Source: a virus
Taxonomy: Duplodnaviria > Caudoviricetes
Strand: one strand, 5' to 3'
DNA: 24,617 nucleotides
IMG/VR virus record: IMGVR_UViG_3300038379_000200
Span: 1-24,617 of that record
Position 1 is the stretch's first letter. Each line of letters begins with the position of its first letter. The position numbers were made by a program, and so were the translations under genes. This document shows, piece after piece, positions 1-8,769 of the stretch. The notes under the pieces were generated by a model, which saw nothing but the letters and a program-made list of their open reading frames with translations, was not told the DNA's origin and searched no databases.

Positions 1-89
1 ACCTTCCAGATCGCAATACCAACGAAAATCAAAACAGCCGACGGAAAGCCAACTGTCTTGATGAACTCTGTTACTGCTGAAAGTTCCAT
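1..89 (-). CDS. Small membrane protein, holin-like (5' part only; runs off the window)
   Basis: GGAGG RBS then ATG at 89; MELSAVTEFIKTVGFPSAVLIFVGIAIWK is a hydrophobic helix with VGFP; lies right after the capsid gene. Confidence 0.55.
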   Translation of the reverse strand, partial: MELSAVTEFIKTVGFPSAVLIFVGIAIWK

Positions 90-117
90 GAGGTTCCTCC
101 GGGTTAGAGAGATCTCA

Positions 118-142
118 CCCCACCCTCAATACGAGGGTGGGG
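118..142 (-). terminator. 10-bp stem-loop after the capsid gene (attenuator or RNA stabiliser; no U-tract)
   Basis: CCCCACCCTC-AATAC-GAGGGTGGGG. Confidence 0.4.
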
Positions 143-166
143 CGGAAATCAGACTTACCAAGAGGC

Positions 167-1570
167 TTAACCCAGAAGGACAGCCCCGAGGTTGGTGTCG
201 ATCACCTTGATACCGGCCAGCATGTCAAGCGTGACCAGGTGGCCCTGCTTGTTGCCGTCGTAGGTGATCGTGGCACGCATCGCCAGACCGTTCATGTTGA
301 CAACGGTGCTGAGAGCGCCGGTGCCAGCCTTCGGAGCCTGGAGAGGACGCACAACCAGCGTCATCGCATTGCGGTGGAACGCGAGGTTGTAGCTGCCAGC
401 GGGACCGATATTGACAGGAGCGTTATCGGCCAGAGCCGCCTCCAGCGGGCGGTCCAGAAGCAGCGACGTGGTCGTTGCCTTCATGACCGTGTAGATCTCA
501 GCCGTGCCAGATGCACCGAAGCTGACGATTTGACCGACCTTCGGAGCGACGGTGAAGCCGTCGATCACAAGCTCCTTCGCGTACCCAGCCGCGTAGCCGG
601 AAGCATTGTTCACGGCACCGGGGCTGTAGAAGGTAATGACCGCATTGTCCAGAACTGCGGCCTTCAGCGGGTAACGCGGCGTGATGCTGGTCGTGTTACC
701 CAGCGTCTCGGAGTGAGCTGTGACCTGGTTCGGTGCATCCTCACCGACGACCTTGAACCACGTCCCGGTCGTAATCACGCCGGTGATACCGTCCACCGTC
801 ATGGCCGTTGCGTGACCCTTCGGGTAGCCGGCTGCGTTGTTGATCGCACCAGCGCTTGTCGTGTTCCCGGTCGGAACATCGGACATGTTCTGGCACATGA
901 AGTTGTTGAAGCCGAACTTGCGGCCCAGCGATGCCTCGCGAAGTGCGAAGCCCATGTCGCCGACATCCTGCGCCTGGGTGAACTCGCCAAGGCTCAGAGC
1001 CACTGTCTCGGAATTCGGATTCCAAATCAGTTGGCGGCTCTCAACATAAGCCTTGTTGATGTTCATGATGTTACGGGTGCCAAGGATACGGTCCTTGACG
1101 TTCGAGCTGGACAGACCCAGCAGCGACCCGTAAGCATTGGCCAGGAACTGGCTGTACTGGCCGAGGACGACCTTGTCAATGAACCGAGCCTGCGCCAGCA
1201 TTGCCGGAGCAAGGTAGGTCTCGACCAGATCCTTGAAGGCGAGAGTCTCCTCACCATCGCGAATCAGGAAGCTGACGTGAATGTGCTGGTCCAGCTTGAC
1301 CTGCACGTCCGTAGCAGTCGCGTCCTGCACGGTCACGTCATCAGTTGTCGTCTTCCGCTTCGCCTCGAACTCACCCGGACGACGGGTGTGAACGATGTCG
1401 CCGTAACGAGCGAACACCGGCTCAAAATCGCGGTGGATCAGATTGGCCGCGACCATATTCTCTTCGAGAATGGCCAGCGACTCATTCGCCCACAGCTCGG
1501 GGATAAGGGCGTCCACGTCATTCGCGTAGACAGTTTGGAACGGAACAGCAGACAGGAACTGGAAGTTCAT
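167..1570 (-). CDS. Major capsid protein, P22 coat-like (HK97 fold), with duplicated insertion domain
   Basis: LIPELWANESLAILEENMVAANLIHRDF..GDIVH N-terminus and NLAFHRNAMTLVVRPL..LDMLAGIKVID C-terminus are typical of P22-like coats; follows scaffold; GAGG RBS. Confidence 0.88.
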   Translation of the reverse strand: MNFQFLSAVPFQTVYANDVDALIPELWANESLAILEENMVAANLIHRDFEPVFARYGDIVHTRRPGEFEAKRKTTTDDVTVQDATATDVQVKLDQHIHVSFLIRDGEETLAFKDLVETYLAPAMLAQARFIDKVVLGQYSQFLANAYGSLLGLSSSNVKDRILGTRNIMNINKAYVESRQLIWNPNSETVALSLGEFTQAQDVGDMGFALREASLGRKFGFNNFMCQNMSDVPTGNTTSAGAINNAAGYPKGHATAMTVDGITGVITTGTWFKVVGEDAPNQVTAHSETLGNTTSITPRYPLKAAVLDNAVITFYSPGAVNNASGYAAGYAKELVIDGFTVAPKVGQIVSFGASGTAEIYTVMKATTTSLLLDRPLEAALADNAPVNIGPAGSYNLAFHRNAMTLVVRPLQAPKAGTGALSTVVNMNGLAMRATITYDGNKQGHLVTLDMLAGIKVIDTNLGAVLLG

Positions 1571-1584
1571 GTTACCCTCTTGCG

Positions 1585-2433
1585 TTACCAGCCACGCTTC
1601 TTACGCCACTCGCGATAAGAAGCGCCGCTGAGCTTGCTTGGATCAATGTCCTTACCAGTGGTCCGACTCTTAGAGTCTCCAAGACCACCAGCAACACCGG
1701 ACTTGAACAGGTTGCCGAAATCATCGGCCCGGTCCTTCATCCGTTTCATTGCCTCTTTGACAGTCATGTCAAGAGTAACAGGCTTCCCTTCCTTGTCCGT
1801 GTCAGACAACTTGACTTTTGCAATGTACTGACCGGGGACGACATTTCCATCGGCGTCCGTAACCTCGACCAAGCGAGTATTGCCCTGCAAGAGGGCGACG
1901 AGCTGATTGGGGCTGTAAGCCTCAGCAGCGTGAGCCTCGTCCAAAATAGTACGAGTAATAGTCGATTGCGTGAAGCGGTTCTTCCACTCATCACGCTCTT
2001 GAGTAAGCGAATCGACTGTTCGCTTATGTTCACCCTTGATTTTCTCTTGCTCCTTACGAGCAAGTTCTTCCTTGGTAAGCAGCGAATCGTTCAGAGTTTG
2101 GATTTGAGCAGTAAGTTGCTCACGCTCCTTCTCTGTCAGATTCTTCGACTTGCGGAGCTGCTCAAGTTCCTTAACTTGAGTGTCCACAGTCTTCTGAAGA
2201 TTTCGCTTGTGTTCGGCGAGCATCTTGTTGACTTGTTCTTGAGTGAAGGTCTTGGGCGTCTTCTCGCCCTTGCCGCCTTCACCGCCCTCTCCACCCTCGC
2301 CGGTGCTAGAGCCACCCTCGCCGGTGCCAGAGCCGCCCTCGCCGCCCTCCCCACCCTCGCCGCCCTCATTCTCGTATACAGTGTACCAAGGATACGCATT
2401 CAGGAAACGAAGAACCATTTGAACCTCAAACAC
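1585..2433 (-). CDS. Capsid scaffolding protein
   Basis: G/E-rich N-terminus, KTFTQEQVN motif, long coiled coil, basic C-terminus (YREWRKKRGW), immediately upstream of the coat gene; start may be ATG 2418. Confidence 0.8.
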   Translation of the reverse strand: MFEVQMVLRFLNAYPWYTVYENEGGEGGEGGEGGSGTGEGGSSTGEGGEGGEGGKGEKTPKTFTQEQVNKMLAEHKRNLQKTVDTQVKELEQLRKSKNLTEKEREQLTAQIQTLNDSLLTKEELARKEQEKIKGEHKRTVDSLTQERDEWKNRFTQSTITRTILDEAHAAEAYSPNQLVALLQGNTRLVEVTDADGNVVPGQYIAKVKLSDTDKEGKPVTLDMTVKEAMKRMKDRADDFGNLFKSGVAGGLGDSKSRTTGKDIDPSKLSGASYREWRKKRGW

Positions 2434-2475
2434 CCGTGACTGTTAGTTGGCCGATTCCCACTCACGGTTATGGAA

Positions 2476-3339
2476 TCAGCGCGCTCGATGAAAATCAACT
2501 TCGATAGGGCCACGAGAATCTTCTTTGAAAATCCTCATCCAAATAGCCCCAATGGGCTTAGGTGGACGACCCTTTTCGATATGGAAGCCGCCAAAGCCGT
2601 CACCGTACTCATCCTTATACGTTGGGATTTGTACGTGCATTTGTTCATCCAGATACTGCCTGTTATCAGGCCCGAGTCGTGTTCGGCTGATTGGCACAAC
2701 CCACTCATCATGAGTGTGGCCCGAAATCACAACATCGGCATCTGGCAAATACACAGCTTTACGGTTGGTCTGGATCACGCCGCGTGTCACAGGACCGCCG
2801 CCTCCGTAACCGTGGATATACCACAACTTCTTGCTGTCCACTTTTCCGGAGCGTTCGTTCACGCATTCAAAGTTAACCCAACCAGAGTAACCGCCGTTGT
2901 AGATTGCTGTCCCGCTTAGCCGGTTCAGATTGGCAACGAGGTTATTGGTCAGATTCGTTTCATGCTTCTTCAGGATGCTGGTCTCATGATTTCCCATGCC
3001 GATCATGATGAACTGCTTTGCATATGGAGCGAAGAAATCAACAGCAGTTTCAACCAGTGAATCCAAATAGTCGTCGCGTTTGTGTTCGGGACGAAGATCA
3101 CCTTTCTTGGATCTCTTATCAAATTTCCCCTGCATCGCACAGAAGAAATCTCCGATATCGATAACACCTGCCTTGTAACGCTTTGCAAGGTCCAAGTGCC
3201 GTTTCTGAAGTTCCCAGTCAGATTGAGGGTTGTCCCAGTGACGATCAGCAGTCAAAAGGAACTTTTGCTCGAAACTTGAGGTATAGGGGATGCGAACCAC
3301 TGCCACATTGCGGCTTTTCTGTTCAACCCCGTATGCCAT
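2476..3339 (-). CDS. Calcineurin-like metallophosphoesterase
   Basis: Motifs ADRHWD, IGDFF, GNHE, IHG, GHTH; start moved to ATG 3339 (TAATG overlap with upstream stop). Confidence 0.85.
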   Translation of the reverse strand: MAYGVEQKSRNVAVVRIPYTSSFEQKFLLTADRHWDNPQSDWELQKRHLDLAKRYKAGVIDIGDFFCAMQGKFDKRSKKGDLRPEHKRDDYLDSLVETAVDFFAPYAKQFIMIGMGNHETSILKKHETNLTNNLVANLNRLSGTAIYNGGYSGWVNFECVNERSGKVDSKKLWYIHGYGGGGPVTRGVIQTNRKAVYLPDADVVISGHTHDEWVVPISRTRLGPDNRQYLDEQMHVQIPTYKDEYGDGFGGFHIEKGRPPKPIGAIWMRIFKEDSRGPIEVDFHRAR

Positions 3340-4145
3340 TAGACCCTCGACAGTTCGACCTCCCTTGCATCGCGGAGGTAAGGACGGAGGTAATTCCAAG
3401 CCTCGGAGCTAGGAATGCCGGCCCGCATATGTTCCGGAACAAAACTCCGGTCGTAATATGTTTGAACTGACTGGTACTTGCTCATCTCGACAGCCAGCAT
3501 TTCGGCTTGTACATCCGGATCGTAACCGTCGAGCAGCTTGTATGCGACCAGATACGTCGCGATTTTGATATCGGACGGCACGTTGTCGTCCTTTGTTTCC
3601 GCCTCAGTCAACGTGACCGGATCGGTATAGGTGTTCTTCCTCGGGAACTGAAGCACTTGGCCGTTGTTTGCTTTTTCCCCGGCGAAGTTAAGCCTGTCGA
3701 TGATTTGAGTAGCCATCGTCAGAGCCTTGATTTTATCTGCATTGGCAGCATTCGTCCACTTCTTGACGTTGAGACGCTGGCTAAAATAAAGATCGCCGCC
3801 AGACAGGCTACCATAATAAGATACGCTGACAGCATCAGGAGAAACATTGTTGTCGCTTGCGACAACCACAAAGGTGTCTCCAAAAGCCTCAGCCGTTGCA
3901 GCCCCTTTGTACCGAGTGCGAATAACGTCGCCAACAGCAACGCTAAGTGAACCAGTATTAAGGGTAGCAGAGTATCGCCCGTATCCATTGTGGGTGAGTA
4001 CCCCGATGCCATTATCTGAGAACGTGCCGGCATTGAGCAAAGTTTGCGGTTGCCCGCCCGCTTCATTCAATGCCGGACTCACGTTGTCTGTCAGGAACAC
4101 GTCAAAGTAGACGGTTTCTGACTCACCTACTTTGATTGTTCGCAT
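3339..4145 (-). CDS. Head-completion/head-tail adaptor-like protein with extra N-terminal beta domain
   Basis: C-terminal YF..RL..W..KIKALTMAT..IDRLNFAGEK..QVLQFPR..VPSDIKIA pattern of DnaT-like phage neck proteins; ~105-aa beta-rich extension. Confidence 0.65.
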   Translation of the reverse strand: MRTIKVGESETVYFDVFLTDNVSPALNEAGGQPQTLLNAGTFSDNGIGVLTHNGYGRYSATLNTGSLSVAVGDVIRTRYKGAATAEAFGDTFVVVASDNNVSPDAVSVSYYGSLSGGDLYFSQRLNVKKWTNAANADKIKALTMATQIIDRLNFAGEKANNGQVLQFPRKNTYTDPVTLTEAETKDDNVPSDIKIATYLVAYKLLDGYDPDVQAEMLAVEMSKYQSVQTYYDRSFVPEHMRAGIPSSEAWNYLRPYLRDAREVELSRV

Positions 4146-4154
4146 GACTTATCC

Positions 4155-4370
4155 TCAGAAGGACCAGGTATCCGTTTCGATTTCCAACCAAAGCCAACCG
4201 GTGTTAACAAACACCTTCCGACCCTCGGCTGTTTCGACCCGATGCTTGCCAGAAGGCCGGACTTCGACCTTCGTGACATTCTCGAACATCAGTTGTTCGT
4301 TGTTAGGAAAAGTGTAAATCCTACGCTTTTCCTTGACCTCAGACCATTGGATAGCCGCAGGAGTAGATAT
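4155..4370 (-). CDS. Phage hypothetical protein, 71 aa, apparent ATA start (not in ORF track)
   Basis: Open frame fills the gap exactly: (M)STPAAIQWSEVKEKRRIYTFPNNEQLMFENVTKVEVRPSGKHRVETAEGRKVFVNTGWLWLEIETDTWSF; TAATA overlap with upstream stop. Confidence 0.65.
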   Translation of the reverse strand: MSTPAAIQWSEVKEKRRIYTFPNNEQLMFENVTKVEVRPSGKHRVETAEGRKVFVNTGWLWLEIETDTWSF

Positions 4371-4957
4371 TACGCACTCGCTTGAGTCAAGGTGATGGTC
4401 ACGTTCAGCGTATCACCATTGATGACCGAACGAGACGAACCAAAATCGCCGCCACCATAAAGCAGACCAGTGGTGCCGCCCTTGGTGTTGTTGCTCGACA
4501 AGAAGCAGCCGTAGATCGTGCTGGAAGCGTTGATATTGAACACAGCCTTGCTGGCCGAGTTATCAACAGCACCAGAGGCGATCGTGCCTGGGGTGAACGT
4601 CGGACGGTTTGAGTCGCTGTAGGGTGTAAGCTCAGACCAGCCAGCATGCGACGCCATTGTGTCGCCTGCGACCATCGTGCCCATACCCTTCAGGCCAACA
4701 TACCACGCCGGTGTGCCACCGCTGCCGGTCTTGAACGTGTAGTCGAGCAACGTGTTCAAGCCGACCGTAACAACGATGTTCCAGAAGCTATCTCGCCATC
4801 GTAGCTTCGGAGTCTTCCGCCGCCGGAGAAGATTTCCCTTGCGGTCCCGAACCCAATTATCCCAGCACTCGACATCGTACAGAGTGCGAGCAACAGCGCC
4901 AGCGTGGATCGGGTCGCCAGCGATGTGCAGTGTTGGACTCATCATCTTGTTATCCAC
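4370..4957 (-). CDS. Virion structural protein (fibre/decoration-associated)
   Basis: NIVVTVGLN..WYVGL..DTMASHAGWSE..GDTLNVT pattern recalled from phage structural modules; G/S/T-rich; start may be ATG 4945. Confidence 0.6.
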   Translation of the reverse strand: MDNKMMSPTLHIAGDPIHAGAVARTLYDVECWDNWVRDRKGNLLRRRKTPKLRWRDSFWNIVVTVGLNTLLDYTFKTGSGGTPAWYVGLKGMGTMVAGDTMASHAGWSELTPYSDSNRPTFTPGTIASGAVDNSASKAVFNINASSTIYGCFLSSNNTKGGTTGLLYGGGDFGSSRSVINGDTLNVTITLTQASA

Positions 4958-6704
4958 CTATCTTGACGCCCTCGAACTCCAGTGTGACGTTATACTTCTC
5001 ACCTTTTGGTTGCCACCGGCCCTCTGTAGTAGACTCCAGAGGATTATTGACCATGTGAACAAGCCAAGTTTCTGCATTATGATTTTGAAGCAACATGACT
5101 TCTTCACTGTGATTGATGTAGAAATCACGAAGCTCCAGCCATTTGTATGTCCCAAGCTCAAATGAATAGTTCAACTTCTGAGTCTTAGTTTTCTTGACAT
5201 ACGTATATGTGATGCCTGTCATCGCCCGCTTCAAGTTGATTTCGCCTTGATAGGCTTGAGAATCACCCCAAATCGGACACGGCAGAATGATAGTCTGCGA
5301 AGGTACGCCAAGGATAACAAGGCACTTTTTCGGAACAAGGACCGCATAGACAGTCGGAACATAATACTCGAACTGTCGGTTCCCGGTCTGATTTTGCGAT
5401 CCGATGATCGGCAATCTCTCAAGATTCGGAGGGTTGAAAACCAACGAATGTGTGAGAGATCGCGAAATCACATTGTTTCGGGCAGCCGTATGTGTCAAGT
5501 TCAAGGTCTGCGTAACAGACCTAGACTTAATCCGTTGACAGATTGCACTATGTGCAAACACAATCGACTGATTGATTGCACGAACGGCAATCGCTGTCTG
5601 TGTGAAGGTGATCGATTGAGTGACCAACTTCATGGCAATCTTTTTACAAACTGCCGTATGCGAGAATGCAATTGTGTGTTGAGCCTGTTGCTGAGGCTTC
5701 TTGACGATGACGGCATGCGTCAAAGCCAAAGTCTGAGACACAGGTCTGTTGAACACGCATTGACCAACCGCACTGAAGCTGCTAATTGAAGACGGATTTT
5801 GGTCTCCAGGAGCTTCTTTGAATACGTCTGCTGTGAAGCCTGCCGTAACTGCCGTTACAAAGAGAACATCATAGATATTCTCAATGAAGATACGAGCAGT
5901 TCCAGGAATTGACAATGACTCGAACCAAACGCCATCAGGCGTTCTAGCTAGAGCTGCCGTCCCAGCAATTGTCAGCGTGGGATTTGCAAAGTACGTATGA
6001 GTCGTTGTGATATCCGCTGTACCAGCAATGGTTAGCGTGTGATTCATCACGTAGATGAATGTGGTTGCCAAAGCAGCCGTTCCATCCACTTGCAACGATT
6101 TCTCGTACACAAATCCTTCAAGACCAGCAATATTTGCTGTGCCTTCAATCGAGCGTTGAATGAAATATACAACGCCACCAGGACTGAAGAAATTGGCAGT
6201 CGCCGCAATAGTAAGCGACGAAAACTTACCGTTATTTGCTGCAAGAGCAACGTTTGCAGTTGCCGCAATTGTGAGTGCCAACTGTTGCAAGTACAGGAAA
6301 TCAACATCGATATCCGCTGTAGCGGAAATCGTAATTGATTCGTTCTTGCCGGCAGTGTCTACACCAGTCAAAGCAGCAGTGCCAGCAATCGTCTGCGACA
6401 ACTGGTACACAAACCCATCAAGGTCAGTAAGGGCAGATGTACCATCGATTGACAGAGTCTGCGGCCACCCTGTTCCTGGAGTCAGGGTAATGTTTGCAGT
6501 ACCAGCGATTGTAAGGGAGTTTTCATAGGAGGTTCCAGACCCCTCCTCAATCAACGCCTCAACAACCACCTGGTAAAATCGAAGAGGCGTAGCACTGTCA
6601 TCGCCAACCGCAGCTTCGACAACTTCCTGATAAGAACGCAGCTTAGCTGCGTTCTTAACTAGGACTTCGACAACAAGCTGTGTTTGGCGTAGCATTGTTG
6701 CCAT
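4950..6704 (-). CDS. Repeat-containing fibre-like virion protein
   Basis: Eleven 20-aa repeats (LTIAGTAxx) then about six VxQ(S/T)xxFxHxA repeats and a globular C-terminus. Confidence 0.6.
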   Translation of the reverse strand: MATMLRQTQLVVEVLVKNAAKLRSYQEVVEAAVGDDSATPLRFYQVVVEALIEEGSGTSYENSLTIAGTANITLTPGTGWPQTLSIDGTSALTDLDGFVYQLSQTIAGTAALTGVDTAGKNESITISATADIDVDFLYLQQLALTIAATANVALAANNGKFSSLTIAATANFFSPGGVVYFIQRSIEGTANIAGLEGFVYEKSLQVDGTAALATTFIYVMNHTLTIAGTADITTTHTYFANPTLTIAGTAALARTPDGVWFESLSIPGTARIFIENIYDVLFVTAVTAGFTADVFKEAPGDQNPSSISSFSAVGQCVFNRPVSQTLALTHAVIVKKPQQQAQHTIAFSHTAVCKKIAMKLVTQSITFTQTAIAVRAINQSIVFAHSAICQRIKSRSVTQTLNLTHTAARNNVISRSLTHSLVFNPPNLERLPIIGSQNQTGNRQFEYYVPTVYAVLVPKKCLVILGVPSQTIILPCPIWGDSQAYQGEINLKRAMTGITYTYVKKTKTQKLNYSFELGTYKWLELRDFYINHSEEVMLLQNHNAETWLVHMVNNPLESTTEGRWQPKGEKYNVTLEFEGVKIGG

Positions 6705-6705
6705 G

Positions 6706-7737
6706 TTACGCCTCTACTTTCACGCCCGCCTCCAAGCCATTCAGTTCTGTACTTGTCCAGGCAGACGCTGTTGCTGGTGATGTCTCCATCAGATTGTAAT
6801 GTGTCCGAGGAGACGACGAAGGGTAGAACGTACTGCTGTCGTAATTTGTGCCGCTGATGCGGACAAACGATTTTCCAGTACGTATACCTGCATCGGGCTT
6901 TGCACCTGTCACGCACACCTGAACAGCATGCACTGTTGCCGGAGCCGGACTGACATTGTCCATTGCATAACTGTCTCTGTTACCCGCTGTAGCACTCTCA
7001 ACATAATCTGTAAGATTGATGTCAGAGGCTTCATCGACCAACAGAGAGTTATTTGTGCTGTTGCCGTCCGACCCAACAAACTGGCTGTGATTTCCATCAC
7101 CGCTCGGATAAAGCGTGACAACACGCCTGTCTCCAAGGAATGTAGGAGTGGTGGTTGTATCCATGCTAGTCATAACTAGATCGTCAATATAGACGTTCCA
7201 GAAATTACCACCACCAATGTACACCCAGTTCGGAGTACCGCTTCCACCGTTTCGAGTGTCACCGGATGTGATATTCAACTCGGTTGTACCGTTGATTTTC
7301 ACAGTACAGTGACCGTTCGACAACGAATCGGTACAAACGATGTACCATTCAAGGTAGAACCATGTTTGGAAAGGCATAGCGTTGGTGCTTACAGAACCAA
7401 CTTGGGTGCCGTTCCGATTAACTCGCAACTTCAAGTTGCGGTCAATCCACAGCTCGATGTGCGAAGTTCCATCTTCCTTCAGTTGAATCAGAGTGCAGTC
7501 GTTGGAGCCGCTGCTAGTGTCGATGTAGACAGCCATTCCAAGACGCCAAGCAGCAGAGTACGTTGTGAACTGCTTCCGAACCCAATTCGACGTTGAAAAT
7601 CGAATTGCCTGACCCGAGCTGAATCGGCCTGTCACTTGATTCGGAAGCGAACCGCTGTACATCTCCCACTTATAGAACCACTCCGAGCTTGGCTGGTAGT
7701 GGTCAAAGCCGTCAATGAACTGGATGACGTTTGCCAT
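6706..7737 (-). CDS. Lectin/ConA-like beta-sandwich virion protein, paralog 2
   Basis: FIDGFDHY, WFYLEW, VKING, YIDDL motifs; S/T/G/N-rich; paralog of 7747-8763. Confidence 0.6.
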   Translation of the reverse strand: MANVIQFIDGFDHYQPSSEWFYKWEMYSGSLPNQVTGRFSSGQAIRFSTSNWVRKQFTTYSAAWRLGMAVYIDTSSGSNDCTLIQLKEDGTSHIELWIDRNLKLRVNRNGTQVGSVSTNAMPFQTWFYLEWYIVCTDSLSNGHCTVKINGTTELNITSGDTRNGGSGTPNWVYIGGGNFWNVYIDDLVMTSMDTTTTPTFLGDRRVVTLYPSGDGNHSQFVGSDGNSTNNSLLVDEASDINLTDYVESATAGNRDSYAMDNVSPAPATVHAVQVCVTGAKPDAGIRTGKSFVRISGTNYDSSTFYPSSSPRTHYNLMETSPATASAWTSTELNGLEAGVKVEA

Positions 7738-7746
7738 ATTGGCCCC

Positions 7747-8763
7747 TTATGCTTGCACTTTGATTCCCGCCTCCATTCCATTGACTTCTGATTCTGTCCA
7801 CGCTGAAGAAGTCGCCGGGCTGACATCAGCCAAATGCGTGAAAGCCGTATAGGACGCTTCTGCTGGGGTAAAATCAGCAGACTCGTAATCAGTTCCACTG
7901 ATACGGAAGAACATGCGACCAGTTCGGCTTCCTGCGTCTTGTTTGTTGGCGATTGTACAAATCTGCACACCCTTAATTGCATCAGGGGTGGACGGCAGAT
8001 TTTCAAATGCGTAGGAGTCTTTGTCCCCTACTACATCTCGCTCAACGTAGTCAGTGTTGTCATTGGCTTGAGCTTCATCGACCAACTGAAAGTTGTTCGT
8101 GCTATTACCATCTGAGCCGACAAACTGACTGTAGTTACCATTACCGTTTGGGTACAAAGTCACAACTCGCATATCGCCGTCAAATGTTGGCGAGCTAGTT
8201 ACTGACTCTTGGAACGCGAACAAGTCATCGATGCTCAAAACTGAATTGCTCGAACCAATAGCACCAATTCTATTTGCAGAAGAATTGGCTGTAGCCTGAG
8301 TGTCACCACTAGTAACACTCATCCACTGTTCGCCGTCCACCATTAGAACACAATGACCGGATGACAAAGAGTTTTCAGGAACGATGTACCACTCAACATG
8401 ATACCAGACGTTCAAATTGAAAGCTCTTGTCGAAATCCCGAGCGATGTCCCACCTGCACCAGTAATCTGAAATCTCATGTTATTCAGCAAAACAGCGGCT
8501 TGAGTCGTGCCGCTATCACTGATATACATGAGGGTGGGAGCATTGCTCAGGAACGATGTTAGTTGGAAAGCACAACCGATACGCCAAGCAGCAGCACTAG
8601 ACAGAATCTTCTCAAAGTTATGAGACGCGGCTGTAAAGTGGACCGCTTGGCCAACGCTAAAGCGCGTGCTTGAGGTAAGACTGTTAGCGCTGAACGAGGA
8701 ATATCTTCGAGTCATCTGACTATTGGTCAGATGGTCGAACCCGTCCATCCAGACCAAAGCCAT
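7747..8763 (-). CDS. Lectin/ConA-like beta-sandwich virion protein, paralog 1
   Basis: WMDGFDHL, WYHVEW, LMVDG, SIDDL motifs; shares RVVTLYP..SQFVGSDGNSTNN..LVDEA with neighbour. Confidence 0.6.
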   Translation of the reverse strand: MALVWMDGFDHLTNSQMTRRYSSFSANSLTSSTRFSVGQAVHFTAASHNFEKILSSAAAWRIGCAFQLTSFLSNAPTLMYISDSGTTQAAVLLNNMRFQITGAGGTSLGISTRAFNLNVWYHVEWYIVPENSLSSGHCVLMVDGEQWMSVTSGDTQATANSSANRIGAIGSSNSVLSIDDLFAFQESVTSSPTFDGDMRVVTLYPNGNGNYSQFVGSDGNSTNNFQLVDEAQANDNTDYVERDVVGDKDSYAFENLPSTPDAIKGVQICTIANKQDAGSRTGRMFFRISGTDYESADFTPAEASYTAFTHLADVSPATSSAWTESEVNGMEAGIKVQA

Positions 8764-8769
8764 TGGATG

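Noticed and set aside
137-1618. 493-aa plus-strand ORF
   Set aside because: Antisense shadow of the capsid gene; no motif or RBS support
6706-8763. Diversity-generating retroelement TR/VR pair
   Set aside because: Whole-gene paralogy with divergence at all base types; no reverse transcriptase seen
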